From the human T2T-CHM13v2.0 reference genome, Homo sapiens, in the NCBI RefSeq assembly GCF_009914755.1, contig NC_060925.1: DNA of 64,000 bases, one strand, 5' to 3'. The position numbers and the translations under genes were made by a program. Of the stretch, positions 1 to 14,505 are shown piece after piece; the first letter of the stretch is position 1; each line of letters begins with the position of its first letter. Below the pieces are notes generated by a model, which saw only the letters and a program-made list of their open reading frames with translations, had not been told where the DNA came from and searched no databases.

Positions 1-76
1 TTGAGGCCAGGAGTTTGATACCAGCCTGGGCAACATAGCGAGACCCCGTCTCTACAGAAAATTAAAAGAAAAAAAA
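1..76 (+). mobile_element. Alu monomer (FLAM-like), cut by window edge
   Basis: ttgaggccaggagtttga..cagcctgggcaacatagcgagaccccgtctctac plus A-tail. Confidence 0.85.
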
Positions 77-237
77 GGACTCCTATTAGATTATGGGCAC
101 TTCAGCACAGTTTTTTGTGTGTGTACAAACAACAAACATTTTAAAACAACAGAAAATTGATTATCATGTAATTTTCCATACATAATACATACTATCATAG
201 CATAAGCATAGAAGAAGTACAAGTAAGATTATCTACA

Positions 238-643
238 TGGTTATGAGCTGAAATTTGAATTCATATATCCAAAATATATAAATTTTGTCTCCCCAAAATT
301 CATATGTTGAAGTCCTAACCCCCAATACCTCAGAATGTGACTTTATTTGGAAACAGTGTTTTTAAAGAGGCAGTTAAAATGGTCATTAGGGTGGGCCCTG
401 ATCCAATATGACTGGTGTCCTCATGAGAAGAGGAAACTAGCACACAGACACATACAAAGGAAGGACCCTGTGAAGACGTGAGAAGAAGATGAAGACAAGG
501 ACAGAGGCCTCAGGAGAAACCAGCCCTGCCGAAATACTGATCTCAGAATTCTGGACTCCAAAACTGTGAGAAAATAAATTTCTGTGGTTTAAGAACCACC
601 CAATCTACAGTGCTTTGTTACTGTGGCCCTAGCAAACTAATTT
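238..643 (+). mobile_element. MLT1B-like MaLR solo LTR
   Basis: ccccaaaattcatatgttgaagtcctaacccccaatacctcagaatgtgac...ccctagcaaactaat. Confidence 0.85.
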
Positions 644-912
644 TACAGATGAGGGGATTTGAGGTCAGATAAATAAAATGACTTGCACAGGCAGGTGGCA
701 CTATCAGGATCACATGTAGGCCCCTCTGACCACGAAGTCATCTCCCACCCCTGGCCCCGCACCCCTACCAGATGTTCCAGGGAAATAATAAATATTAACC
801 AGCGCTTTCCCCTAAAGAAATCTCCACAGCCTTCCCAGGTTTGCACAGCAGTTGCCTCCCTGCTCATTTCTGGCCTCTGAACTCCCACTGTTGGCTTAGA
901 ATTTATCGCCTT

Positions 913-1251
<339 letters not shown>

Positions 1252-1518
1252 TCACTCATGATTTAGAGGACTCGAGAATATTTTTCTTTCTAAAGCAGAA
1301 ACAAGATATTTTAATATTTTTTAAAAGGAAATAGATGACTACAGTTTCATTATTAGTCAAAGCCAAGCCCTTGTCCCTTTTGTTCTAGTAAGCTTGGAAC
1401 ACACGTGCGCCTTATCAGGCAAAACTAACTCCAGGCAGTCTGTTTACCGACACAACCAGATCCAGTGGGTGTGCTGGACAAAGAAAACCGGACTGTTTGG
1501 TTCAGAGCTGTGTCCTGA

Positions 1519-1843
<325 letters not shown>

Positions 1844-2514
1844 TTTGTTTTCCACCGTAGTTGCGACTTCTTTCACTGAAATCCAACCCAGCACCAGAAA
1901 CTAACGAAACAATTCTTTGGCAAATAGGCAGAGCCTGGTGCCCTTACAATAGGGTGGCTACAGTGCCATGTCAGATTTTTTACTGGCCACACTGTAAACA
2001 AAGGAAACAAGAATTGTTTCAAGTTCAGATGGGGTACATGGCTAACTGTGGTAAGGTGCTAGGTACCTGTATAGATAAGCTCTTATTCCTATAGGCAGAG
2101 TTTTTGGCAGATAGCTTTTCTATTTCTTCCTTCCCAGTGTCTGATATTTGGCTTTACTTAATACTTTCTAGCTCTTAAAATGTCTGTTCTTTTCCTTTAA
2201 CAAGGGAGTCCTCAGAGCTCAGTCTTTGGGCCTCTTCTTTCCTTGGTCTTCACCCCCTCCCAGGCCCTCTCATCCTTCGTTGCTGATGAAACTCTGAACT
2301 TACACCTCTCACCAGCACCTCCCTTGGAACTCCAGAGTTGTACGTTCAATTGCCGGCCCAATATTTCCTCTTGGACATCTCCCAGGCAACTCAAACTTCG
2401 TATGTACAAACTGAATTCCTAATCTTTCTCCCCAAACCTGCCATTTGCTGGAATCTTCCTTTTCTCAGTCAATGATAAGTTCGGTTTGTCAGACCATCCA
2501 TGGAGTTATCCTGA

Positions 2515-2817
<303 letters not shown>

Positions 2818-3019
2818 TTCTCTTATACATGTAAACTCAAGACCCAATGCTCCAGGTAGATCATGCTGCGTCTACCTTAAAGGCATATTCAAAACCCAAC
2901 CTCTTTGCACCACCGCCTCTGCTACTCCTGGTCCCAGCCCCTCTCCCCATTCCCCTCTCCCTAGTTATCTCTTTCTATCTGGCAGCCTGAGTTAGATGAT
3001 GCTACTACTCAGCTCTATT

Positions 3020-3641
3020 TGATACCACTCCGATGAGTGGAGGAACACCAGTGTTCTTGGTCCTCATGCCAGTTTCGATAAAATGACATGAACACTCTTG
3101 GAGTGGTTTTAAGGAGTGGAGGGTTTAATAGGCAAGAAAGAAGGAAGACAGAAGGAAGAAGTACAGAGACAGAGGGAGGGGGCTCCAAAGCCAGGAGAGG
3201 AGACCCCAAGTGGGGTGGAAACCAGCCAGGTATATACAGAGGCTGGAGGAAGCAGTGTCTGATTTGCATAGGGCTCAGGGTTGGTTTGACCCGGCATGTC
3301 ATTCACGCAGCCCCTGAAGAAACTAGCCCTCCTCCCCTAGTCTTTTAATATGCAAATGCAGGGCACCATGATGTTCTACACACGTGAGGATATGTGGGGG
3401 TGGCCATGTTGCCAGGCACATGTGGGGCAAGGGCAAGGAGGCTGTGGGAATTGCCATGTTTGGGTGGACCCAGTTTCTAATGGCCTGCATTTGCATATCA
3501 AAGGTTGCCGTCAGGCTCTAAGAGCTAAGAGCCGGGGCTTTACGAGTGGGGCCTTTACAAAAAAGGTCTTTGGAGCTGCCGTAAAAGAAATGAAAACTTT
3601 TCCTTTCTGCCTGAAATAATTTCTTAATAACTCCTACCACA
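3020..3641 (-). mobile_element. Solo ERV1 LTR, LTR9/LTR9B-like
   Basis: TG...CA termini, 4-bp TSD TATT (3016-3019 / 3642-3645); minus strand begins TGTGGTAGGAGTTATTAAGAAATTATTT; inserted in an L2. Confidence 0.8.
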
Positions 3642-4214
3642 TATTCCAATGGCTCCCAGGCTTCTGCAGAATTTACACCATCTTTACGTTGACCTACATG
3701 TATTTTTGCCTTTTTTCCTTTCTTCTATGGCCTCACCTCCTGCCTTAGGTTCACTAGGCTCCTTGCTGCTTCTCCAACACGGAGACAGTCAATTGCTGTT
3801 TTTGCCCTTGATGGTCCATTTGCCTGGAACGCTGTTTCTTAGACATCCACGGGACTTGCTCTCTTACATCTTTCAAAGTCTTTGCTCAAATATGGCCTGC
3901 ATGAGGCCTTCCATGTGCACCTTCCTGCCTGTTTTTTTTCGTCTCTGTGACAGTCATCCTGGAACATGTTACATCATTTATTTATTTTGAATGTTGCACT
4001 GAAACATCAGCTTCGTGGAGTGTCTGTGTGCTCACTGACGTATCCCCAACTACTCTCGGCCTCACATGTAGTGGGTGCTTAATAAATATTTGCTGAATGA
4101 GCAAATCAATGCAAATCCTGCTACACAATCTATCTTATTTAGTTGGAAAAGTCCTACTGTCTGAGAAGAAAGGGTAAACCCATAGTGGCTTGAAAAATTT
4201 CTTGTGTTCCCCCC

Positions 4215-4640
4215 CAGATTTATTCAGGTATAACTGATAAATAAAAAATCCTATCTATTTATAATGTACAATGCAATGGCTTGATATATGTTTACAAATG
4301 ACATGATTACCACAATCATTATTGTCAAGCTAATTAACATACTCATCACCTCACATACTTATCTTTCTTTTTGGTAAGAATTTTTTTTGTAGAGATGGAG
4401 TCTTGCTATGTTGCCTTGGCTAGTCCCCAACTCATGGGCTCAAGTGATCCTCCCACCTCAGCCTCCCAAAGTGCTGGAATTACAGGCATGAGTCACCAGG
4501 CCCAGCGAGGTGAGAACATTTAAGAGCTACTCTTTTAGCCATTTTCAAGTATACAATACATGATTATTAACTATAGTCACCAAGCTGTATGATAGATCTC
4601 CAAAACTTATTCCTCCTGCCTAATTGAAATTTTGTACCCT
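4215..4640 (-). mobile_element. L1MA-type 3' end with FLAM insert (4381-4506)
   Basis: aagctaattaacatactcatcacctcacata..tttcaagtatacaatacatgattattaactatagtcacca..aacttattcctcct. Confidence 0.75.
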
Positions 4641-6288
4641 GAAAAGGTTGTATCCAGTAAGTGTTGCTTTTGAAGTTCTGGCCTATAGTAAGGTGAAGGT
4701 TTTCCTTATGCTAAATAGGTGTGGCATGGGTGCTCTTTCATTATGTGAGTCTCCACCCTTATAGATAGTAAAGACACCCATTGATAGTAAAGACACCCAC
4801 TGATACACAGAAGGCCTTCAACACAAATTGATCTGCTTCATTTTCTTTCCCAGAACAGAACAAAGTCACTTATTTGTCCTTGACTTCTTTCTTGCCTGGC
4901 AGTCTTTCTCTGACATTTATTTATTTTATTTTATTTTTCTGTCAAGACTACAGTAATAGGAACAAAAGGAAAAGAAAATTGGTATTTTTTATTCAACAAA
5001 ATCCTTCCTGCTGTTCATACTCATCTTCTGAGTTATTTCAGATTAATTAATTTGAAGTTGTCTTCTTGGAATATGTGCAGGAATTCACTCTGCACCCTGG
5101 AGTCCCAAAGGGCAGAGTTTCAAAATTTACAGGAACTTGAGCCCAAGAACATTTGGGCTTCCTCTATATTCCTAGGAAGGAATAGCCCAGAGGAATTTTT
5201 TACTCAGTGGTTCCCAAAGCTCATTTCCTGCTGTCCTTTAGAGGTACAGAGGTCTGGGATTCAGTTCCAGAACACGGATGGCCGTGTGGATGCTGCAATC
5301 CTGGGGGCTGTGGCCACAGCACCCTCCCCCTGAGCTTCTGCAGCCTCTCAAAGGGACTAGTGATGAGCAACCCTGAGCATCTCCCTTGAGCCTCTGTGGC
5401 TCACAGAGCCCATTAGAGCAGCAACAAGGGACGCCATCCAAAGGCTGTGAGAGTGCCAAAGAACAGAGCACTTCCCCAGGGGCTGAGCACCGTGGGCAGA
5501 ACGATGGCAGCATCTTCAGATCTAGACAGGCCTTTCCATGGTCTTTGCCTAATGAAATCCTAAGGATGCTGCCATCCATGACTATAGACAGCCACAACTA
5601 TAAAATATTTTTAATGCAATTTAAGACTTTCAAATTTTGACCAATTACAAAGCCATCTGAATTAATAAAATTTTAGAATTGGAGAAAACAAATTTTAAAC
5701 ATAAAGTAGTTGATTGTTTAACGAGTCTTGGAGTTAATAAAGGGACTCAATAAATCTTCACAGAATTACTTTAGTGAGTAGATAAAAAAATGATTTCAAA
5801 TCAGCAGGCACATGCATAAAAATGATCTTTCAATGGAGTATGATAAATGTTCTACTTCTTAATTACTTAAGGTCACCTTTACAATCTTCTTACTATCTTA
5901 ATAAATATAAATAATAGCTAATAGGAGGAGTTTTAAAAACTTTTAAAAACTTCCAAATTATCATGGGTTTCTTCTCTCTTTTTTTCTCCTTCCTCCTTAT
6001 GTTTTATTATTTATGCACACTGTTATTTTTCTCCCCTCTCCTAATATACACTGGAAAACCTTGGAGTGTTTCCTTTGTCTTTCACTGCCGGTCCGTACGT
6101 ACTCATGTGTACTGTGTACCTCAGACTGAATCAGTGATCAAGGGTGCTACTGTTGTTCTGTCCAGTGACCATGCTGCTAAAGCCTATCAGTACAAACTTC
6201 TTAAAACAACTTCATTGCTCTGTTGTCTTGTGTAAGTCTAATGGTTTGATGGAAAGGTTATAGGGTATGGTAAAAATCTCTGCTCTAA

Positions 6289-6617
<329 letters not shown>

Positions 6618-7221
6618 TTAGGAAACTCAATTTCTCTGAGCTGCCATCTTCTAATCTATAAAATTGGGGAAATAATAGCACAAGTTTAGATTTTGTGAGG
6701 ACTAAATATGACAATGCATGTATAATCAATGTGGTTATAATTTGTTGTAGATTTGTGATCACCTGGAAGATGAGGGGGAGGAGGGTCTTTTTGGACCCAA
6801 GATTGTGCTAAAGTCTTCTCACCTGGTCAGAGTAGGGTTGATTGCATCCCCATCCAGAAGTCTGTGCTAAGGCATCTTCTGACTTTCTGTTGCACTTTGC
6901 ACATCCCCTTGCCCTCACCATACACTGTCTTGCATTACAGATATTTTACAGGTATCTTCTTTTTTACAAGAATTGTCAACTCCTTGACACTCTAAGCATG
7001 TCTGTGTTGATCACTATTGTTCACACTAAGTTCATGAGTCAGATAGGTCCATTAAATAATGTAGCTAATGACTACACCTCTGCTCTTCTAAAATCAAATT
7101 CCTTTAATGATCTCAATCATAGCATAAGTATTTACCTTTCAATACATTCTTCTGGGATGCATATGATAGAGAAAACAGTCCTCTTGATGCAGTAGACACT
7201 CATTTCTTCTCTCTCTCTCTC

Positions 7222-7430
7222 TTTTTTTCTGGGACAGTGTTTCACTCTGTTGCCCAGGCTGAAGTACGGTGGCACGATCTCAGCTCACTGCAACCTCTCT
7301 GTCTCCTGGGTTAAGGTAATCCTCCCACCTCAGCCTCCTGAGTAGCTGGGACCACAGGCACATGACCCCATGCCCAGCTAATTTTTGTATTTTTTTGTAG
7401 AGACGAGGTTTTACCATGTTGCCCAGGCTC
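7222..7430 (-). mobile_element. 5'-truncated AluJ-like
   Basis: Right arm plus part of left arm; flanked by tttcttctc repeats. Confidence 0.85.
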
Positions 7431-8559
7431 GTTTCTTCTCAGACTGACAAGCAGATTTATATGGCATTTGGAAGTCCATACATTCATTCTGAGTCTTATA
7501 TTGTTATTGCAAACCCAGCAATGAATTTTGACAACTACTAGAATATGTGAAAATACCTTTCTTCTTCCCATTGTAGGACTGGGGGAGTGCTCATGTGCTC
7601 AGCTTGGAAGAGCTAGAAAAGGGAGAGGGCTGCAGTTTCTGGAGGGAAGTAGGATAGTCTCATGATTCTAGAACTGCTGGCCAGGGTGATTATGGTGGTT
7701 GAGAAATGATTACATGGCTAGTTCTTATCTTCAGGGTGACTGAAAAATTAGGGGAGATCACAGTTTTGCAATAGCTAAGAGGGGTTTCTAATGAGTTCTT
7801 ATCATCTCTGAGAATTTGGGCAGCTGGGGAACGTTTGGGAAAGTTTCTGTGATGTGTGTTTGGGGAGGGAAGTTGGAAATGAATCAGTTTCTCTGAAGGT
7901 CTGGGAAGGAGGCTTTTCTGTGCAAAGGGAGGGTCAGACAGCTGGGAAGACCAATTGGGATTGCTATAGCAGCTCCAGGTCCCAGGGAATGGAGATGGCC
8001 TTTCTCATCAAAGAGGAATGGCAGGGTTGCAACAGCTGAGAAGACCCAGAGAAGGGGATTTAACAGAGGAAAATAAACCAAGACTAATGCAGGAAAGGTG
8101 CCACCAGTGTAGCTCAGCCTGCCTAGAACAGCATCTGTTTTCCACGTTAGCAGCGAGTCTAGCCTTTCTCCTCTAGGCAAATCTACCTGCCATCCCTCTA
8201 AGGGCTCTCCCTGGTGCTTTCATTTTTCTTCCAGAACTGATGCATATAAATTGCCATTTATCTCTTGTGATAATTCTGCAGAACCAGTTCAGTTAGTTAA
8301 AATATTAAAACACTTATAAATAGCCATGGTGGAAGATGATACCCCCATTAAAAATAAATATTAAAGATGTAAATGATGTGCAGTACTTCATGTTCCTGGA
8401 AAAGCTTTGTATAAATAGGATTTTGGTACTCAAATCACATTTAAATTTTATTAGAGTGTTATTTAATTCAAAAAGTTTACAATATGTGATTAGCACTGTG
8501 CTAAGCTAAAGCAAACAGTTCTTTGGAATGCAAATAACCATGAGTTCTGTTTAATATGA

Positions 8560-9340
<781 letters not shown>

Positions 9341-11179
9341 CACCCACAGAAATCCATGTGTTCACTCATAGAAATGCACGGGTACATATACAGACAGGAA
9401 TGCACATGTTCATGTATAGAAATGCAGGGTATGCACACACAGAAATGAGTGTCACAGGTGGCATAGTTACAAGATGCAAGAAGACTGCATCCCTGAGTCT
9501 CCACTTGAAAGGGAGCTGCCTTGGAGAGCTACTAAATCTGCTGTGAATTTTGCATGACCAAAAAATTAACTCCTATGTTTCTAGACATTGAAATTTTGAG
9601 TTCACTTATTATTGCAGCATAGTACAGCCTAATCTGACTAGTATAAAACAACATAAACAGTTTCAGAAATAATTTTTACAATCAAAATTAAGGATTGATT
9701 TTTACATCTTAAACTTTCATGATACCAATGGAAGAGCTTAATTTATCCATTCTAGTTATCTACAAGGTGATGGCAGGTGATAAAAGGACTTCTGGAGGCA
9801 GGGAAACTAGTATCAGCACATCCAACCAACCATGTGGTCTGAGCCCTTACCATGACACTAACTGATGTTTGTGATTCCTGAAAGGAGCCACTGGTGGCCC
9901 ATTTGGTGGTTTGGTGACATTTATATGATTTCCCCATCTTTTCTAGTGAAACATGGCAAGACATTTTCCTTGTCATTTTTTTTTCCTAGGATGACATCCC
10001 CAGTGGTAAACAAGAAACTATTGGTCAGGGCCCAGTCAGGAAATCAGAGCCACTCCAAGGTACAGGGTTAAGGAAGGAGAGCTTTCACAAGTTTGGGAAT
10101 TGCTGGGGAAGTTCAGAGGGAAACAGTGCCTAACCCTGACCAGCTGAAACCCTTGTGCAGGATACTGGTGGGAACTTGGAGAAAAGCCAATAGTAAGTTA
10201 TGCAGATATGGCCCTTGGAGGCTGTGGAAGGGAAGCTTGAGGCATGAGGTGTAGGGACTGCAGCCTCTTTGGGGCCCAGGGGCTGGGTGAGGGCTGAAGG
10301 CTGCTCTGGGTCAGCAGAGCCAGCAGTGAGATGATATCACTGCAAAGCAGGAGGCTAGTGAGGATGTGCTGGGCACCGCTGTGTCCGTCCACTGGCATGT
10401 TTGACCATATGACCCTCCTCCACTTCCCTTCAGTCTTCTCAATTCTGAGAATCATGTCTCCGGACAACTTTAGCCGAGAACCATACAAAGAAGGAAATTC
10501 TGGGAGCAGACAGCCATGCTGGCAATAGACAACCCAGCTTAGAGTCTCCAGTTCTAGAGAAATATTCTTCTGATGTCCTCTTATAGGGTATTGAAAAAAC
10601 TAGGGCACTGCTGAAGGAAAGAAATCAGATTAATGTGTCCAAGGCAAAGGGTTACCATTTAAAGAGTGAATGAACACACAGAGTTATATGACCTGCTAAA
10701 ATGAAAGATCCAAAAAAACCGTGCTGTTCTGATTTGGTACTCAGTAAATGGTGAAATGTTATCAATAGCAGGAAAAACAGCTTTATATTTAATATGATGA
10801 TGACAATGACACCTGGCAAGGAATATGTTGAGCAGATAAAAATTTATTTATTTCTTAAATATATCAAAAGATACAAAAGTGACATGTACACAGTGGAAAG
10901 TCTATTAGGACCTTTTTTTCTTTTTACCATTTTAGTAAAAAACTACAAATTCACTATTAATTATTTGCTAGTGGAACAGTTAAAATAACTTGATGGAAAA
11001 AATCCTAGAAAATGTATTAATACTGTGCTAGGGGAAGAGTTTTGTGAACTGGGGATCCTCCCTTTTAGGGGATTATGAGCAAGGGTAGGTGTTGTATAAT
11101 CAGTAGATGATTTCACTAGATAAGGGCTGTGATAGGGACAAGCACAGATATATCCACATAAGGGGTCAGGGAACATTTC

Positions 11180-12784
11180 TGGACTTGGATGAAACACCAA
11201 TTTGTTTGGTGTGGAGGTCTGCTTTCCTACGTTGCCTGTAGAAGATTCTTATGAATAGGGCAAGCGTTAGTTCTGAGCATTTTAGATAAGGCTGTAGGGG
11301 ACTGATTCAGTTGAGCCCAGAAAGATGGGCCCAAATGAGTGGGTGTGGGACAGTTCAACATAAAAAGGGGTAAAGCAAGAGAGGGAGGCTATGGAACACA
11401 AAAACGAACAGATGGCCAGATGGAGAAGCAAAGCCAAGTTTTGTCGGGCCTGAAGCTTATCACATTTTGAGGACTTCATTAAGAAAAAGAACACAAAATT
11501 AAGTATAGAATATTAGGCAGAAAAATAAACATCCTTGGAGGAGGTGACACCTAAGCGGAGAAAGAGCAAGTTCATGGAAGAAGGAGGAAGGGGTTACAGA
11601 CCTGTAGTTCGAGGAGAAGACACCTTCTCTGACATGTTGTTGGGGACCCAGGGGTGGGTTGCTGGAAGTCCTGGAGGAGGTGTTGGGGGTAGGTAGGGGG
11701 GATGAATGCTCACAGCTGGGCTGGAGGGCCTCAGAGAGACAAGATCTTAAGAACGGAAATTCTGCACCCAGTTTTCAGAATTTTCTAGGCCCACTGCACA
11801 ATGAAGGCGTTGTACTGTCTTGGTGAAAAACAAATGGGAATACATGAGGTGTAATGCATTTTTTGTCTTAAAACTGAGCAAAGACATGGTTTTCTATTAA
11901 TAGCTGCAAGAAGTGGTCAAATTTCCTTCATTCATTCTAAAAATATTTTATAAAAGCATAAAAATACAACTGTCCATGTTTTGAGAGTCCATGTTTTACA
12001 TTCTTCTCCTTTTCTTTCTTTCTTTTTTGCAGAACCGTCAAGTTCAAAACATGTTTTCCTTTCACTTACGTATTTACCACTGCTTAAGTATTTATTAAGC
12101 ACCTACTACTTGCCCCACGTGCTTCTAAGTGTGGGATATAGGAATGAGCAACATTAAGTTTCTGATTTCATGGAGCTTGTAAGAGGAGACAGACAATAAG
12201 CAAATAAACAAACAAATATATCATACAACTTGAACCCACACACCTTGGAGGGCTTCTTGTAGCATTAGTTCCAAGCATTTTAGATAAGGCTGTAGAGGAC
12301 TGATTAAGTCGAGCCCAGAAACATGGACCCAAATGAGTGGGTGCGGGACAGTTCAACGTAAAAAGGGGTAAAGTAAAGGCATTCTGTAAAGGGGTAAAGT
12401 GGTAGGCATTCTGTCATCTCTCTGCTTTTGGACTTGGATGAAATACCGAACTGTTTGGCGTGGGGTCTGATTTCCTATGTTGCCTACAGAAGAGTCTCAT
12501 GAATAGGGCAAACATTAGTTCCCGGCATTTTAGATAAGGATGCAGGGAGCTGACTAAGTTGTGTCCAGAAAAACGGGCCCAAATGAGTGGGCGTGGGATG
12601 ATATTCAGCATGAGAAGGGGAAAAGCAAGAGGGGGACGCACAGGACACAAAAACTGACAGCTGGCCAGATGGAGGGGCAAAGCCAAGTTTTGTAGGGCCT
12701 GAGGCTTATCACATTTGTGAGACTTCATTAAGAAAAAAAAATACAAAATTAAGAATAGAAAATTAGATACAAAAACAAATGTTT
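11180..12784 (+). repeat. Local direct repeat: copies at 11180-11530, 12261-12373 (partial) and 12429-12784
   Basis: Colinear diverged copies sharing tggacttggatgaaa, gcattttagataagg, cccaaatgagtggg, gcaaagccaagttttgt, gacttcattaagaaaaa. Confidence 0.92.
12085..12230 (-). mobile_element. L2 3' fragment
   Basis: aagtatttattaagcacctact..tcatggagctt..gagacagacaataagcaaataaac. Confidence 0.65.
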
Positions 12785-13221
12785 AAAGTGAGAAATGCAT
12801 CACAATAAGTTACAAATTTTAAAAGGCTAACAAACACCATAAACTTAAACAAAATACATAAGACATGACATTTTAATAAACTGCTTGACACACTTCTATG
12901 ACATTATTTTCATTTTTCAGTTGCATACCCTTTGATCACTTCTTCAGTTTTGTAAGATATTTTCTATAAGAACAATAGGAAGTTACTTCACACACAGGTG
13001 AACTTGCTTTTTGTTGTACTACTACAGCCTCATGTCCTTACAAACATGGGAATTCAGATCATTCATTTCATGTGATTTTTCTCCAAAAATGTATGATGCA
13101 TTTGTAAGTGTATCTGCTGCATTTAGAGTACAGGTACATTTCTGACAGCAGACAACTTCTGTTTTGATCAGGTTTAGTAGAGAGAACCAAACCTTCTCTA
13201 ACAATGTTGTGTTTTCTTCTG

Positions 13222-13512
13222 TTTGTTTCTTTTTGAGACAGTGTCTCACTCTCGCCCAGGCTAGAGTATATTGGCTGATCAAGGGCTCACTGGAGCCTCG
13301 ACTTCCCAGGCTCAAGTGATCCTCCTACCTCAGCCTCTGGAGTATTTGGATTACAGGTGTGAGTCACCACACCTGGCTAATTTTTTTATTTTTGGTAGAG
13401 ACAGGGTTTCGCCATGTTGGCCAAGCTGGTCTCGAACTCGTGGCCTCAACCGGTCTGACTGCTTCAGCCCCCCAAAGTGTTGGGATTACAGGCGTGAGCC
13501 ACCGCACCAGCC
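13222..13512 (-). mobile_element. AluJ
   Basis: Diverged reverse dimer. Confidence 0.9.
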
Positions 13513-13756
13513 GATATTAGGTGCTTTATGATGGAAAGAATTGCCAGACTAGCTTCCAGCTCTGCCCATCTCAAGCTCTGCTACTCTTGCTACTGGAACC
13601 CTTCTAGTGTTGGGGAAAGTAAGACAGTTAAGGGCACCAATGTGACTCTCACAGAGGGTCATAGGTATGTCAGTGGTAGCCATTCCTATACCTGGATGGC
13701 TAGCAACAACATATCTACATAGGAGAACTGTAAACCACATAAATATATCCTGTCAT

Positions 13757-13942
13757 CACAGCCAGGGCGAGGGAGAGGCAAGTCAGGTACCTGAGGCTCA
13801 AAACTTAACATTGGCACTTGCCTGACCCTGAGAGTAAGGGCCCTCTAAATTTGTTGTTTTTTGATATTGCCTCTGAATGCTCAATTTGTCATAAATTTTG
13901 CATCCTTGACATCCCCCTTATCTCACCTTCATCCTGATTCTG
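13757..13942. mobile_element. MER96-like hAT element
   Basis: gccagggcgagggagaggcaagt..gaccctgagagt..aaattttgc..tctcaccttcatcctgattctg with degenerate inverted ends. Confidence 0.55.
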
Positions 13943-14295
13943 TATCCCATTACACCCAAACAACCTGTTTGGGTCTCCCCAACTTCACTTTCTTTGGCTG
14001 ATCCCCAAAATCTTCATGGCCTCTTCAAAGTCACTCAATATGAGGGTAAGTTACAGTTTAAAAAGACAGTGAACATAACTGGTGGTGATTAAAATACTTT
14101 TTTTTTTTTCAAAATTTACAGAAACATATTACCACGTGTACACATTGCTAGGTCTTCCAATGTGAAAGTGTCCTTTGCAAGTCAGGGGTCCTGGATTCAA
14201 GCTTCTAACTTCTTGATAAATCCATCTCTGCATTCTGACCATGGCCATACGTTCAAGATTACGTTTATCATACTGACTTATTTTTGCCTCCAGGA

Positions 14296-14505
14296 TTTTG
14301 GTTAGAAGCTCAGGCTCTGGGGCTAGACTATTTGGGTTTGGATCCTGGCATTGCCACTTACTAGCTTGTGGAATCCCAAAACGTTACTTAATATCTCTGT
14401 GCCTCAGGTGTTCTCATCTGTAAGTAATGTTAAGATTAAAAGAATTAGTTCTTGAAGAGTGCTTACAACAGTATCTGACACATTATGAAAGTTCAGTATT
14501 TGTTA
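14296..14505 (+). mobile_element. MIR
   Basis: ggctctggggctagac..tgggtttggatcctggc..tgccacttactagc..ttacttaatatctctgtgcctcag..tctcatctgtaa. Confidence 0.75.

Larger units (their letters stand above)
12672..14230. mobile_element. Internally deleted Zaphod/MER115-like hAT-Tip100 DNA transposon (contains an Alu and a MER96-like insert)
   Basis: Left end ggggcaaagccaagttttgtagggcctgaggcttat..taagaaaa..atacaaaatt; right end cacattgctagg..tgcaagtcaggggtcctg..aagctt..taaatccatctctg. Confidence 0.7.

Noticed and set aside
9345-9448. Degenerate ~24-bp tandem repeat (cacagaaatgca...)
   Set aside because: Short decayed low-complexity repeat at an L1 boundary with no further signal
11180-12784. Repeat-spacer or CRISPR-like reading of the direct repeats
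   Set aside because: Long diverged copies with irregular spacing in mammalian DNA and no cas genes; a local duplication explains it
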